From NCBI GenBank assembly GCA_965541585.1, contig CBEUCH010000003.1, positions 160,001-224,000 on the forward strand: a stretch of 64,000 nucleotides of DNA. Reading direction: 5' to 3'. Numbering within the stretch: the first letter of the stretch is position 1; each line of letters starts with the position of its first letter. This DNA comes from an uncultured bacterium. GTDB lineage: Bacteria; Zixibacteria; MSB-5A5; UBA10806. The notes under the pieces were generated by a model. The model was given only the letters and a program-made list of their open reading frames with translations, ran no database searches and had not been told where the DNA came from. The position numbers and the translations under genes were made by a program. Shown here piece after piece: positions 8,554 through 17,097 of the stretch.

Positions 8554-9799
8554 GAACGTCTGCATGCTCAGCACCCATGGCTATTTCGATCCCATACCAC
8601 AGCTGGGGATTACTGATACCGGCGGACAGGTCGTCTATGTGCTCCAGCTGGCCAAGGCTCTTTCTACACATAATATAAAGGTCGATATATTCACGCGCTG
8701 GTTTGATCGCTCCAGGAAGCAGATCGATCCCGTTCCGGATTATCCCGACGTGAGAGTCATCCGAATACCCGCCGGGCCGTGGGAATTTATACCCAAAGAG
8801 GAAATCTATGCCGTTCTACCGGAATTGGCTGAAAATATGATAGAATTTATCAAACAAGAGAAGTTGCACTATGACCTGTTCCATGGTCACTACGTGGATG
8901 CGGGCATTGTAACCATCGATATTGCTAAGAAGCTTGATAAGCCGGCTTTTTTCACTGCTCATTCGCTTGGAGCCTGGAAACGGGAGCAGATGGAGGGAGA
9001 TTCCGAGGAGCTGGAGAGAAAATTCAAGTTCAAACACCGGGTATCGGAGGAACTCCGAATCTTCAAATCGGTCAAGGCACAGGCTGTCACAAGCCAGGTG
9101 CAGATGGAAAAATTGGAGCAGTTGTATAAGTTCACCGCCGGCAATATCGATATTATTCCCCCGGGCGTCGATGTTCATCGTTTTCACCTCCCTGAGTCTG
9201 ATGAAAGAATAGCCAAAACAGATTTGCCGGATAGATATATCTTTTGCCTCAGCCGGATCGACTCGAACAAGGGGCATGATCTTCTGCTCAATGCCTTTGA
9301 CAGGGTAAGAAATGATATCCCGGATGTTCATCTTGTTATCGGCGGAGGCTCCCCAAAACCCGAACAGAGAGAGCTGGATGTTCTAAAGACGATAAAGAAG
9401 ATAATCAACGATAAGGGGATTGACGATAAAGTCCGGATAATCGGTTATGTACCCGATGATCTTCTCGTTTCCCTCTATCAACAGGCGGAGTTGTTCGTCC
9501 TGCCGTCGATTTTCGAGCCTTTCGGCATGACCGCCCAGGAGGCTATGGCCTGCGGCACTCCCGTCGTAGCCTCCAAACTCGGAGGAATCAGGAGTGTTAT
9601 CTCGTCGGGGGATAATGGCTTATTAATAGACCCCTCCGATGCCGGCGAATTCGCTGATGCCATATCTCTGATTTTGAAAGATGCACGCCTGGCTGAGCGT
9701 CTGGGAAAGACAGGGCATAAGACTATTCAGGAATATTTCAGCTGGGAGGCTATTGCTGAGAGGTATCTTGCATTTTATGAGAAATTCATGAACCCGTAA
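8531..9799 (+). CDS. GT4 glycosyltransferase, sucrose-phosphate-synthase-like (no HAD domain)
   Basis: STHG...DTGGQVVYV, HGHYVDAG, TAHSLG, EPFGMTAQEAMACG. Confidence 0.85.
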   Translation: MMRKNKIKNVCMLSTHGYFDPIPQLGITDTGGQVVYVLQLAKALSTHNIKVDIFTRWFDRSRKQIDPVPDYPDVRVIRIPAGPWEFIPKEEIYAVLPELAENMIEFIKQEKLHYDLFHGHYVDAGIVTIDIAKKLDKPAFFTAHSLGAWKREQMEGDSEELERKFKFKHRVSEELRIFKSVKAQAVTSQVQMEKLEQLYKFTAGNIDIIPPGVDVHRFHLPESDERIAKTDLPDRYIFCLSRIDSNKGHDLLLNAFDRVRNDIPDVHLVIGGGSPKPEQRELDVLKTIKKIINDKGIDDKVRIIGYVPDDLLVSLYQQAELFVLPSIFEPFGMTAQEAMACGTPVVASKLGGIRSVISSGDNGLLIDPSDAGEFADAISLILKDARLAERLGKTGHKTIQEYFSWEAIAERYLAFYEKFMNP

Positions 9800-9832
9800 T
9801 TTTGTGAACATGATTATGTGATAATGAGGAGA

Positions 9833-9853
9833 GGGCTACCGCGATGGTAGCCC
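9833..9853. terminator. Hairpin between convergent genes (copy 1 of repeated tail cassette)
   Basis: GGGCTACC-N5-GGTAGCCC. Confidence 0.6.
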
Positions 9854-9880
9854 CTTCGCTTATTTTTATAGGGTAATCCT

Positions 9881-12805
9881 CTATGCAGCCTTGCTTATTG
9901 CCAACCTCTTTCTCCTCACAACGGCAACCGTCCCTACGGCCAACAGCAACAACGCCAGGATCAGCATCCCCCATTCGCTGAGGGTTGGGATTTCCTGCTC
10001 GCCACAGTCTACTCCAAAAGCGCCAATATCAGCACCGCCTTCTCCTTCGCCCACACAACATGAGGCAGCATCCAAATAAAAATTGCCATTTTCAGGGTCG
10101 CAGAACATGGGATCGCAATCGATGTTCCCTTCGCCTGCCCAGCCGCCTTGAACGTCGCAATAGGTGATTACCGGTGATGACGCATATAAATAAATCTCCG
10201 GTCCATTTGGTGCACTATCACCCCAGAAGATGGTGTTGGTTATTACCGAACTGGAATAATAGCAATAAATCCCGCCGCCGAAGTCGTTGGATGAATTTTC
10301 GCTGATGGTATTGTTGGTGATCGTGGGATTGGAAAAATCGAAAAGAATCCCGCCGCCATAATTGACGGCTGAATTTCCGCTTATGGTATTGTAGTTGATC
10401 GTGGAACTGGATTCATAGCAATAAATCCCGCCGCCTTCGAAGGCTGAATTTCCGCTCAGGGTGTTGTTGCTGATCGTGGGACTGGAACTGTGGCAAAAAA
10501 TCCCGCCGCCCCACGAGTTGGCTGTATTTTCGCTTATGGTATTGTTGCTGATCGTGGGACTGGAAGAGTTACAATAAATCCCGCCGCCATACCCAGCAAT
10601 GCCATTTTGTATCGTGAATCCGTTAATAATGGCGGTGTTATCCTCTCCATTTTCGAAAGTCACAACCGAACCCGATGCACCGCCATCAATAATCGTTGAC
10701 GAGATATACGATGGATCACCGGCGTCCAAAAACCATGAGCCGACGACAATATTCTTGCCGCTGAAGTCAATGTTCTCGACATAAGTACCTGAGGCAACCC
10801 GCACCGTGTCGCCGTTAGAACTGGCATCTATACCTTCCTGGATGGTCTCGTAATCGTCCGGGATGTTGATTATATAGCCACAGCCTACTTCACTTACTCC
10901 AAAAGCGCCAATATCAACACCGCCTTCACCAGCGCCCACACAACATGAGGCAGCATTCAAATAAAAATTGCCATTATCAGGGTCGCAGAACATAGGATCG
11001 CAATCGATGTTCGTTTCGCCTGCCCAGCCGCCTTGAACGTCACAATAGGTGATTACCGGCGATGACGTGCCATATAAATAAATCTCCGGTTCAGCTGGCG
11101 CGGTATCACCCCAGAAGATGGTGTTGGTTATTACCGGACTGGAATCGTCGCAATAAATCCCGCCGCCCCACGAGTTGGCTGTATTTCCGCTTATGGTATT
11201 GTTGCTGATCGTGGGACTGGAATTAACAACGCAACAAATCCCGCCGCCACCGAAGGCGCATGAATTTCCGCTGATTGTGTTGTTGCTGATCGTGGGACTG
11301 GAATCGATGCAATAAAACCCGCCGCCATGCGAGCCGGCTGAATTTTCGCTTATGGTATTGTTGCTGATCGTGGTCCCGGAATTATTAAACCAATAAATCC
11401 CGCCGCCTGTGTAGGCGGCTGAATTTCCGCTGATGGTATTGTAGTTGATCGTGAGATTGGTGTTGGAAGTGCAATAGATCCCGGCTCCGCGGTCGGCTGA
11501 ATTTCCGTTGATGGTGTTGCTGGTAATGGTGGCATTGGAATTTAGACCGCAACGAATCCCGCCGCCGCGGTCGGCTGAATTTCCGTTGATGGTGTTGTCG
11601 GTGATTGTGGGACTGGAATTATCCCAGCAACCAATCCCGCCGCCCATAGCGCTGGCTGAATTTCCGCTTATAGTGTTGTTGCTGATCGTGGGATTGGAAA
11701 CCAAGCAATAAATCCCGCCGCCAGCCTCAGCAAGACCATTTTGTATCGTAAATCCGGTAATAACAGCGCTATTATCTTCACCATTTAAAAAAGACACAAC
11801 ACTTCCTGACTGGTTACCATCAATAATCGTTGACGAGATATACGATGGATCACCGGCGTCCAAAAACCATGAGCCGAGGACAATATTCTTGCCGCTGAAG
11901 TCAATGTTCTCTACATAAGTACCTGAGGCAACCCGCACTATGTCGTAGTGGGAACTGGCGTCTATACCTTCCTGGATGGTCTCGTAATCAGCCGGGATGT
12001 TGATTATATCGCCACAGCCTACTCCAAAAGCGCCAATATCGACACCGCCGTCACCGGCTCCCACACAGCATGAGGCATGATGCAAATAAAAATTGCCACT
12101 TTCAGGGTCGCAGAACATGGGATCGCAATTGATGTTCGTTTCGCCTGCCCAGCCGCCTTGAACGTCACAATAGGTGATTACCGGCGATGCCGTGCCAGAT
12201 AAATAGATCTCCGGCCCATTTGGTGCACTATTATCCCAGAATATGGTGTTGGTTATTGGCGGACTTGAATAATCATCGCAACTAATCCCGCCGCCATACC
12301 AGCCGGCTGAATTTTCGCTGATGGTATTGTAGTTGATCGTGGGACTGGAATAATAGCAATATAACCCGCCACCATCGTAGACGGCTGAATTCCCGCTGAC
12401 CTTGTTGTTGCTGATCGTGGGACTGGAATAATTATAGCAATAAATCCCGCCGCCATTCAGACCCCAACCATTTTGTATCGTGAATCCGGTAATAACAGCG
12501 GTGTTATCTTCTCCATTTTCAAAAGTGACAACCGAACCCGATGCACCACCATCAATAATCGTTGACGAGATAAACGAGGGATCACCGTCGTCCAAAAACC
12601 ATGAGCCGACGACAATATTCTTGCCGCTGAAGTCAATGTTCTCGACATAAGTACCTGAGGCAACCCGCACCGTGTCGTCGTTGGAACTGATGTTTATTCC
12701 AGCCTGGATATTAGGCTCGTCCCCGGGAACATTGATGATTGTGGCCGATACAGGCAAAAAAGCAACCGCAACGAAAACCGTAATGAAAGCTATAGCCCTT
12801 TTCAT
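9881..12805 (-). CDS. Surface protein with three tandem right-handed beta-helix modules and IPTL-CTERM sorting signal
   Basis: Signal peptide; 3 x IINxPxD...IDG module with SPTISNNTISGNSAxxGGGIYC coils; IPTLSEWG-TM-RRKR tail. Confidence 0.9.
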   Translation of the reverse strand: MKRAIAFITVFVAVAFLPVSATIINVPGDEPNIQAGINISSNDDTVRVASGTYVENIDFSGKNIVVGSWFLDDGDPSFISSTIIDGGASGSVVTFENGEDNTAVITGFTIQNGWGLNGGGIYCYNYSSPTISNNKVSGNSAVYDGGGLYCYYSSPTINYNTISENSAGWYGGGISCDDYSSPPITNTIFWDNSAPNGPEIYLSGTASPVITYCDVQGGWAGETNINCDPMFCDPESGNFYLHHASCCVGAGDGGVDIGAFGVGCGDIINIPADYETIQEGIDASSHYDIVRVASGTYVENIDFSGKNIVLGSWFLDAGDPSYISSTIIDGNQSGSVVSFLNGEDNSAVITGFTIQNGLAEAGGGIYCLVSNPTISNNTISGNSASAMGGGIGCWDNSSPTITDNTINGNSADRGGGIRCGLNSNATITSNTINGNSADRGAGIYCTSNTNLTINYNTISGNSAAYTGGGIYWFNNSGTTISNNTISENSAGSHGGGFYCIDSSPTISNNTISGNSCAFGGGGICCVVNSSPTISNNTISGNTANSWGGGIYCDDSSPVITNTIFWGDTAPAEPEIYLYGTSSPVITYCDVQGGWAGETNIDCDPMFCDPDNGNFYLNAASCCVGAGEGGVDIGAFGVSEVGCGYIINIPDDYETIQEGIDASSNGDTVRVASGTYVENIDFSGKNIVVGSWFLDAGDPSYISSTIIDGGASGSVVTFENGEDNTAIINGFTIQNGIAGYGGGIYCNSSSPTISNNTISENTANSWGGGIFCHSSSPTISNNTLSGNSAFEGGGIYCYESSSTINYNTISGNSAVNYGGGILFDFSNPTITNNTISENSSNDFGGGIYCYYSSSVITNTIFWGDSAPNGPEIYLYASSPVITYCDVQGGWAGEGNIDCDPMFCDPENGNFYLDAASCCVGEGEGGADIGAFGVDCGEQEIPTLSEWGMLILALLLLAVGTVAVVRRKRLAISKAA

Positions 12806-12966
12806 TATATCCTCCCAGCGACGTATCTATCCTAATGCTAATCGCAGATGGATATTACACTGACACAATTATAGATACACAATTCCACGAGAATGTCAAG
12901 GATTTTGGGTGTTTGCGAGTGTCTATGGCACCCCCCCATCCCTCAATCGCCTGGGGGAGGGCAACG

Positions 12967-12996
12967 AAAAAGGAGCTGCCGACATGGCAGCCCCTT
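12967..12996 (-). terminator. Intrinsic terminator (tail cassette copy 2)
   Basis: AAGGAGCTGCC-N5-GGCAGCCCCTT with T-run on minus strand. Confidence 0.7.
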
Positions 12997-13019
12997 CGCT
13001 TATTTTTATAGCTGATCCT

Positions 13020-14165
13020 CTATGCAGCTTTGCTGATCGCCGCCCTTCTATTCCTGATTACTGCAACCGTCCCAACCGCCAGCAACAGCAGTCCCATGAT
13101 CAGCATCCCCCATTCGCTGAGGGTTGGGATTTCCTGCTCTCCACAGCCTACTCCAAAAGCGCCAATATTAGCACCGCCTTCTCCTTCGCCCACACAACAT
13201 GAGGCAGCATCCAAATAAAAATTGCCATTTTCAGGGTCGCAAAACATGGGATCGCAATCGATGTTCGTTTCGCCTGCCCAGCCGCCTTCAACGTCACAAT
13301 AGGTGATTACCGGTGATGACACGCCAACTATACAAATCTCCGGCCAGGTGTCTGCGCTGTTAGCCCAGAAGATGGTGTTGATTATTCCCGGACTGGAATC
13401 CCAGATATAAATCCCGCCGCCGCGCGCGACTGCTGAATTTCCGTATATGGTGTTGAAGCTGACCGTGGGGCTTGAAGTCATAGTGCAATAAATCCCGGCG
13501 CCTAAGTCGGCTGAATTTCCGCTGATAGTATTTTTGTCGATCGTGGGGTCTGCGTTAAGATTGCACCAAATCCCGCCGCCTTCCCCGGGGGTTGAATTTC
13601 CGCTTATGATGTTGTTGCTGATCGTGGGATCGGAATCCCAGCAAGCAATCCCGCCGGCGGCCGTGCCGGCTGAATTTCCGCTTATGGTGTTGTAGCTGAT
13701 CGTGGGATTGGAACTATAGCAAAAAATCCCGCCGCCGTATTGGTCGGCTGAATTCCCGCTTATGATATTGTAGTTTATCGTGGGATTGGAAGGATTGCAA
13801 TAAATCCCGCTACCCCACGCAGTACTACCATTTTGTATCGTGAATCCGGTGATTCTTGCCTCGTTAGTCTCTCCGTTTTCAAATTTAACTACCCCATCCG
13901 CAGCATTACCATCAATAATCGTTGACAGGATATACGAGGGATCACCGGCGTCCAGAAACCATGAACCGACGACAATATTCTTGCCGTTGAAGTTAATGTT
14001 CTCGACATAAGTACCTGTGGCAACCCGCACTATGTCGCCGACTGTGGAAGCGTCTATGCCCTGCTGAATGGTGGGATAGTCATCAGGAATGTTGATGATC
14101 GTAGCTGAAACGGGCAAAGAGGCAAAGACAACCAATGCAATAGCGAAAATGTTTACTCTTTTCAC
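13020..14165 (-). CDS. Single-module beta-helix surface protein with IPTL-CTERM; paralog of 9881-12805
   Basis: Same module and near-identical 3' DNA; GTG start with GGAGG RBS. Confidence 0.9.
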   Translation of the reverse strand: MKRVNIFAIALVVFASLPVSATIINIPDDYPTIQQGIDASTVGDIVRVATGTYVENINFNGKNIVVGSWFLDAGDPSYILSTIIDGNAADGVVKFENGETNEARITGFTIQNGSTAWGSGIYCNPSNPTINYNIISGNSADQYGGGIFCYSSNPTISYNTISGNSAGTAAGGIACWDSDPTISNNIISGNSTPGEGGGIWCNLNADPTIDKNTISGNSADLGAGIYCTMTSSPTVSFNTIYGNSAVARGGGIYIWDSSPGIINTIFWANSADTWPEICIVGVSSPVITYCDVEGGWAGETNIDCDPMFCDPENGNFYLDAASCCVGEGEGGANIGAFGVGCGEQEIPTLSEWGMLIMGLLLLAVGTVAVIRNRRAAISKAA

Positions 14166-14273
14166 AAGTCCTCCAGTTCAATGAAGCCTATAATAAAAAT
14201 AAGGTATTTCGTGGATCTGGCAAGAGATTTTTGATCCCCTCCAATCCCTCGACGGCCCGGGGGGAGGGCAACG

Positions 14274-14303
14274 AAAAAGGGGCTACCGAGATGGCAGCCC
14301 CTT
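14274..14303 (-). terminator. Intrinsic terminator (tail cassette copy 3)
   Basis: AAGGGGCTACC-N5-GGCAGCCCCTT with T-run on minus strand. Confidence 0.7.
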
Positions 14304-14327
14304 CGCTTACTTTTATAGAGTAATCCT

Positions 14328-15551
14328 CTATGCAGCTTTGCTGGTCGCCGCCCTTCTATTCCTGATTACTGCAACCGTCCCAAGAGCCAGCAGCAGCAAC
14401 GCCAGGACGATCATCCCCCATTCGGAGAGGGTGGGGATGGCGTTCAGGTTCAGCGCAACGATGAACAGACCTGACGGTATATCGGAGATCAGTATCTTCT
14501 GGTCGCCAAGAAAGGGATATACTCCCCAGGCCCCATTATAACCTGATGGATATCCGCCATAAGTGTCATAGCTGGCAACGAATTCGAGCAAGCCCGAAAC
14601 CGGATCGATGTCGTAAACTCTTATCCCCGCCTGGTACCAGGAACAGTATAGCCTGTAACCGTCGACGAGTTGATTGTGAACGCTGTGTGACTCATCCAGT
14701 GGCAGGGCTAAGGCATCGGTAAGAGTCAAAGTTAGAGAGGCTCCAACTTCGGTTATCCTGTAGACTTTGATCCCGCCGCCTTCGCGTTCCTCACCGGTTA
14801 CCATAAAATCACCATTGTCTGTCGGCCAGCATGAATGGGTATTGTTGCCGCCACCCGGCGTCTCGCCAATAAGCGGCGGCATCTGGTTGCCAACATCGGA
14901 GACATCATAAATTTTAACTCCGCTGTCCCAGCCGGCGGCGTAAAGCCTGCCGTTTTCAACAGTAATGTCATGTACAAAATTGTTGCCGACGCCGGTGAGA
15001 ATCCATAATGGCGAGGTGATGGTCGAAGGGGGGCTGTCCGGGTCGAAGCCGGTCAAATCCACAATTGCCACCTCCGGATTGCTGGAATCCACCAAATATA
15101 GATAGCCATTATCGTAGAATACGTTGTGAATATACGGGCTGAAATTGCTGAGACTGATTGTAGTTAGCAGCACCGGCGAGTAAGGGTTACGGACATCGAC
15201 TATCTCTGCCTGATCAGGATCGGCGGATTCCAGGCCAATAAACATCAAACCGTTGTGCACTTTGACGTCCTGGGCGGAGGCGAAATTGTTCGGGGAGGCC
15301 ACACGATAATGGGCTGCAACAGTCGGGGCAGACGGATTGCTGATATCGAGTATATGCACACCAGCATCGCCCCAATGGGCTATGTAGGCGAAGTCGCCAT
15401 CTCCCCAAACATCGGCGTATGCACCTCCATAGCCATCCCATGCTCCCACAAGGGTTGCATTGATCGGAGGATCCTGGGCGTGCGCCGAGATCCTGAAAAA
15501 CGCCATGATTACAAAGGCGCTGAGTATTAAGAAGACTATTCGGGATTTCAT
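14328..15551 (-). CDS. LVIVD-repeat / choice-of-anchor B-like beta-propeller protein with IPTL-CTERM
   Basis: GVHILDISNP, IHNV, VHDI, THSCW, SVHNQ, SWYQAGIRVYDI, GAWGVYPF; IPTLSEWG tail. Confidence 0.8.
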   Translation of the reverse strand: MKSRIVFLILSAFVIMAFFRISAHAQDPPINATLVGAWDGYGGAYADVWGDGDFAYIAHWGDAGVHILDISNPSAPTVAAHYRVASPNNFASAQDVKVHNGLMFIGLESADPDQAEIVDVRNPYSPVLLTTISLSNFSPYIHNVFYDNGYLYLVDSSNPEVAIVDLTGFDPDSPPSTITSPLWILTGVGNNFVHDITVENGRLYAAGWDSGVKIYDVSDVGNQMPPLIGETPGGGNNTHSCWPTDNGDFMVTGEEREGGGIKVYRITEVGASLTLTLTDALALPLDESHSVHNQLVDGYRLYCSWYQAGIRVYDIDPVSGLLEFVASYDTYGGYPSGYNGAWGVYPFLGDQKILISDIPSGLFIVALNLNAIPTLSEWGMIVLALLLLALGTVAVIRNRRAATSKAA

Positions 15552-15592
15552 CGCTAACCTCTCAGATTGAAGCAAAAGACATTCTTTACATA

Positions 15593-15621
15593 ATGATAAT
15601 GGTTATCAGCGCTTTTGTCAA
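15593..15621 (-). promoter_or_regulatory. Sigma70-type promoter
   Basis: TTGACA-N17-TATCAT on minus strand. Confidence 0.6.
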
Positions 15622-15694
15622 TGCCTATCTCAAATCTCAGGAATAGGAGGGTGAGCGATCAGAAAAGGGGCTCCCGTGCCGGTAGCACCTTATT

Positions 15695-16570
15695 CTATTC
15701 GACGTTCTCGAGAAACCTGATAACTATGTAGCAGGAATTTTCAGCGGCAATCTCAAAGAATTCATCCATTTCCGCCCTCGCCGATTCGGAACCCGAACCG
15801 CCGGCCAGATCCGACGCCGAGCGGAAGGCTATGAAGGGGATGTCGTTGACCGCGCCTACCTGGGCCACCGCGGCCGTCTCCATATCGGTGATCAGGGCAT
15901 CATAGGTCTCGTTGAGCCAGATTCTCTTTTCCGGATTATCGATAAAAGCATTGCCACTTACACCTATCCCTCCGGTCAATAATAGCGGTGTCCTGTCGCC
16001 AATTTTCTGAAGCGGGCTAATATCTCCAGTGAGATCCCCGGCGGCTTCATACATCGAACTGTCCACCGGAAAATGGGAGCGTCTGACCAGGCTGTCTGGC
16101 TGCGGCGAATAGAATTTAATTCCCCTGGGTCGGAATCCATCGGCGCCATGATAGCCGAAATCGTGAGTTATCCAGCTTTCGCAGACGACAATATCACCGA
16201 TATGGACGGAGGTATCGATCGCGCCGGCGATCCCCGTAAATATGATAGCTTCGGGCCGATACTCATCGATCAGCTTCTGGGCTGTCATGGCCGCATTGGT
16301 CATCCCTACACCGGATTCGGCGATTACCATTTTCTTTCCGGATAGTTCCCCGGAGATTACAGGCCTGCCCAGTATAGTCCGGATTTCGCTTATGTCCATT
16401 TTCTCCATCAATAACTGACCCTCGGCATCAAACGCGTAGAGGATCAGATATTGAGAATGCGGACGCTCCCGGACCTGGCAATTTAAAATAATCAGAAGGA
16501 GGAATGATACGATGATTGATCCAGCCCATTTTGGCAGCCGGTATCGATTCGGACTGTAAGTCATATCCAT
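15695..16570 (-). CDS. mtnN: 5'-methylthioadenosine/S-adenosylhomocysteine nucleosidase with N-terminal signal/lipoprotein-like segment
   Basis: SGVGMTNAA, FTGIAG, IGDIVV, DMETAAVAQV, RSASDLAG. Confidence 0.85.
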   Translation of the reverse strand: MDMTYSPNRYRLPKWAGSIIVSFLLLIILNCQVRERPHSQYLILYAFDAEGQLLMEKMDISEIRTILGRPVISGELSGKKMVIAESGVGMTNAAMTAQKLIDEYRPEAIIFTGIAGAIDTSVHIGDIVVCESWITHDFGYHGADGFRPRGIKFYSPQPDSLVRRSHFPVDSSMYEAAGDLTGDISPLQKIGDRTPLLLTGGIGVSGNAFIDNPEKRIWLNETYDALITDMETAAVAQVGAVNDIPFIAFRSASDLAGGSGSESARAEMDEFFEIAAENSCYIVIRFLENVE

Positions 16571-16773
16571 TTCATTTCCTTTCGCACTACGTGCCCTTTT
16601 CACCAACCATCGTTGGAACACAATGAATATCATAAAAGATTATAGAATCATAACTGATTTTTCAATGAGAAAAGGTCGAGTGTTGTCGGCATCGCCTGCG
16701 ATCCGGATTAAGGTCAGATAATCGTGTAAGGACTTTATGGTATGCTTTATAAACCATTTGCAATAAAACAAAA

Positions 16774-16847
<74 letters not shown>

Positions 16848-17024
16848 ATCAAATCTATCGCCTGACGGCGATATTATTCGTTTGTCAAAAATTTCTGCAT
16901 CTCGGGTCGTCTCGCCGATCCCAAAACCACGAGGATATTAATATAAATTCGGAGGGCCGCGCAAGGGTTTTGTTTAACCCGCAGGGATTACACCGGCTTT
17001 CATAAAATATCTTCAAAAAACAGG

Positions 17025-17051
17025 GTAACCTTATAGACGCTTTATGCGTAA
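17025..17051 (+). promoter_or_regulatory. Possible ECF-sigma promoter of the ABC exporter operon
   Basis: GTAACC-N16-CGTAA (AAC/CGT pattern). Confidence 0.4.
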
Positions 17052-17097
17052 AGGTAGTAAGCTATGGTCGGAATTTGATGCAAAGGAGTATAGGGTG

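Noticed and set aside
9881..14165. Complete diversity-generating retroelement or CRISPR array
   Set aside because: Repeats are in-frame coding coils; no RT, template repeat, cas gene or repeat-spacer structure in the window.
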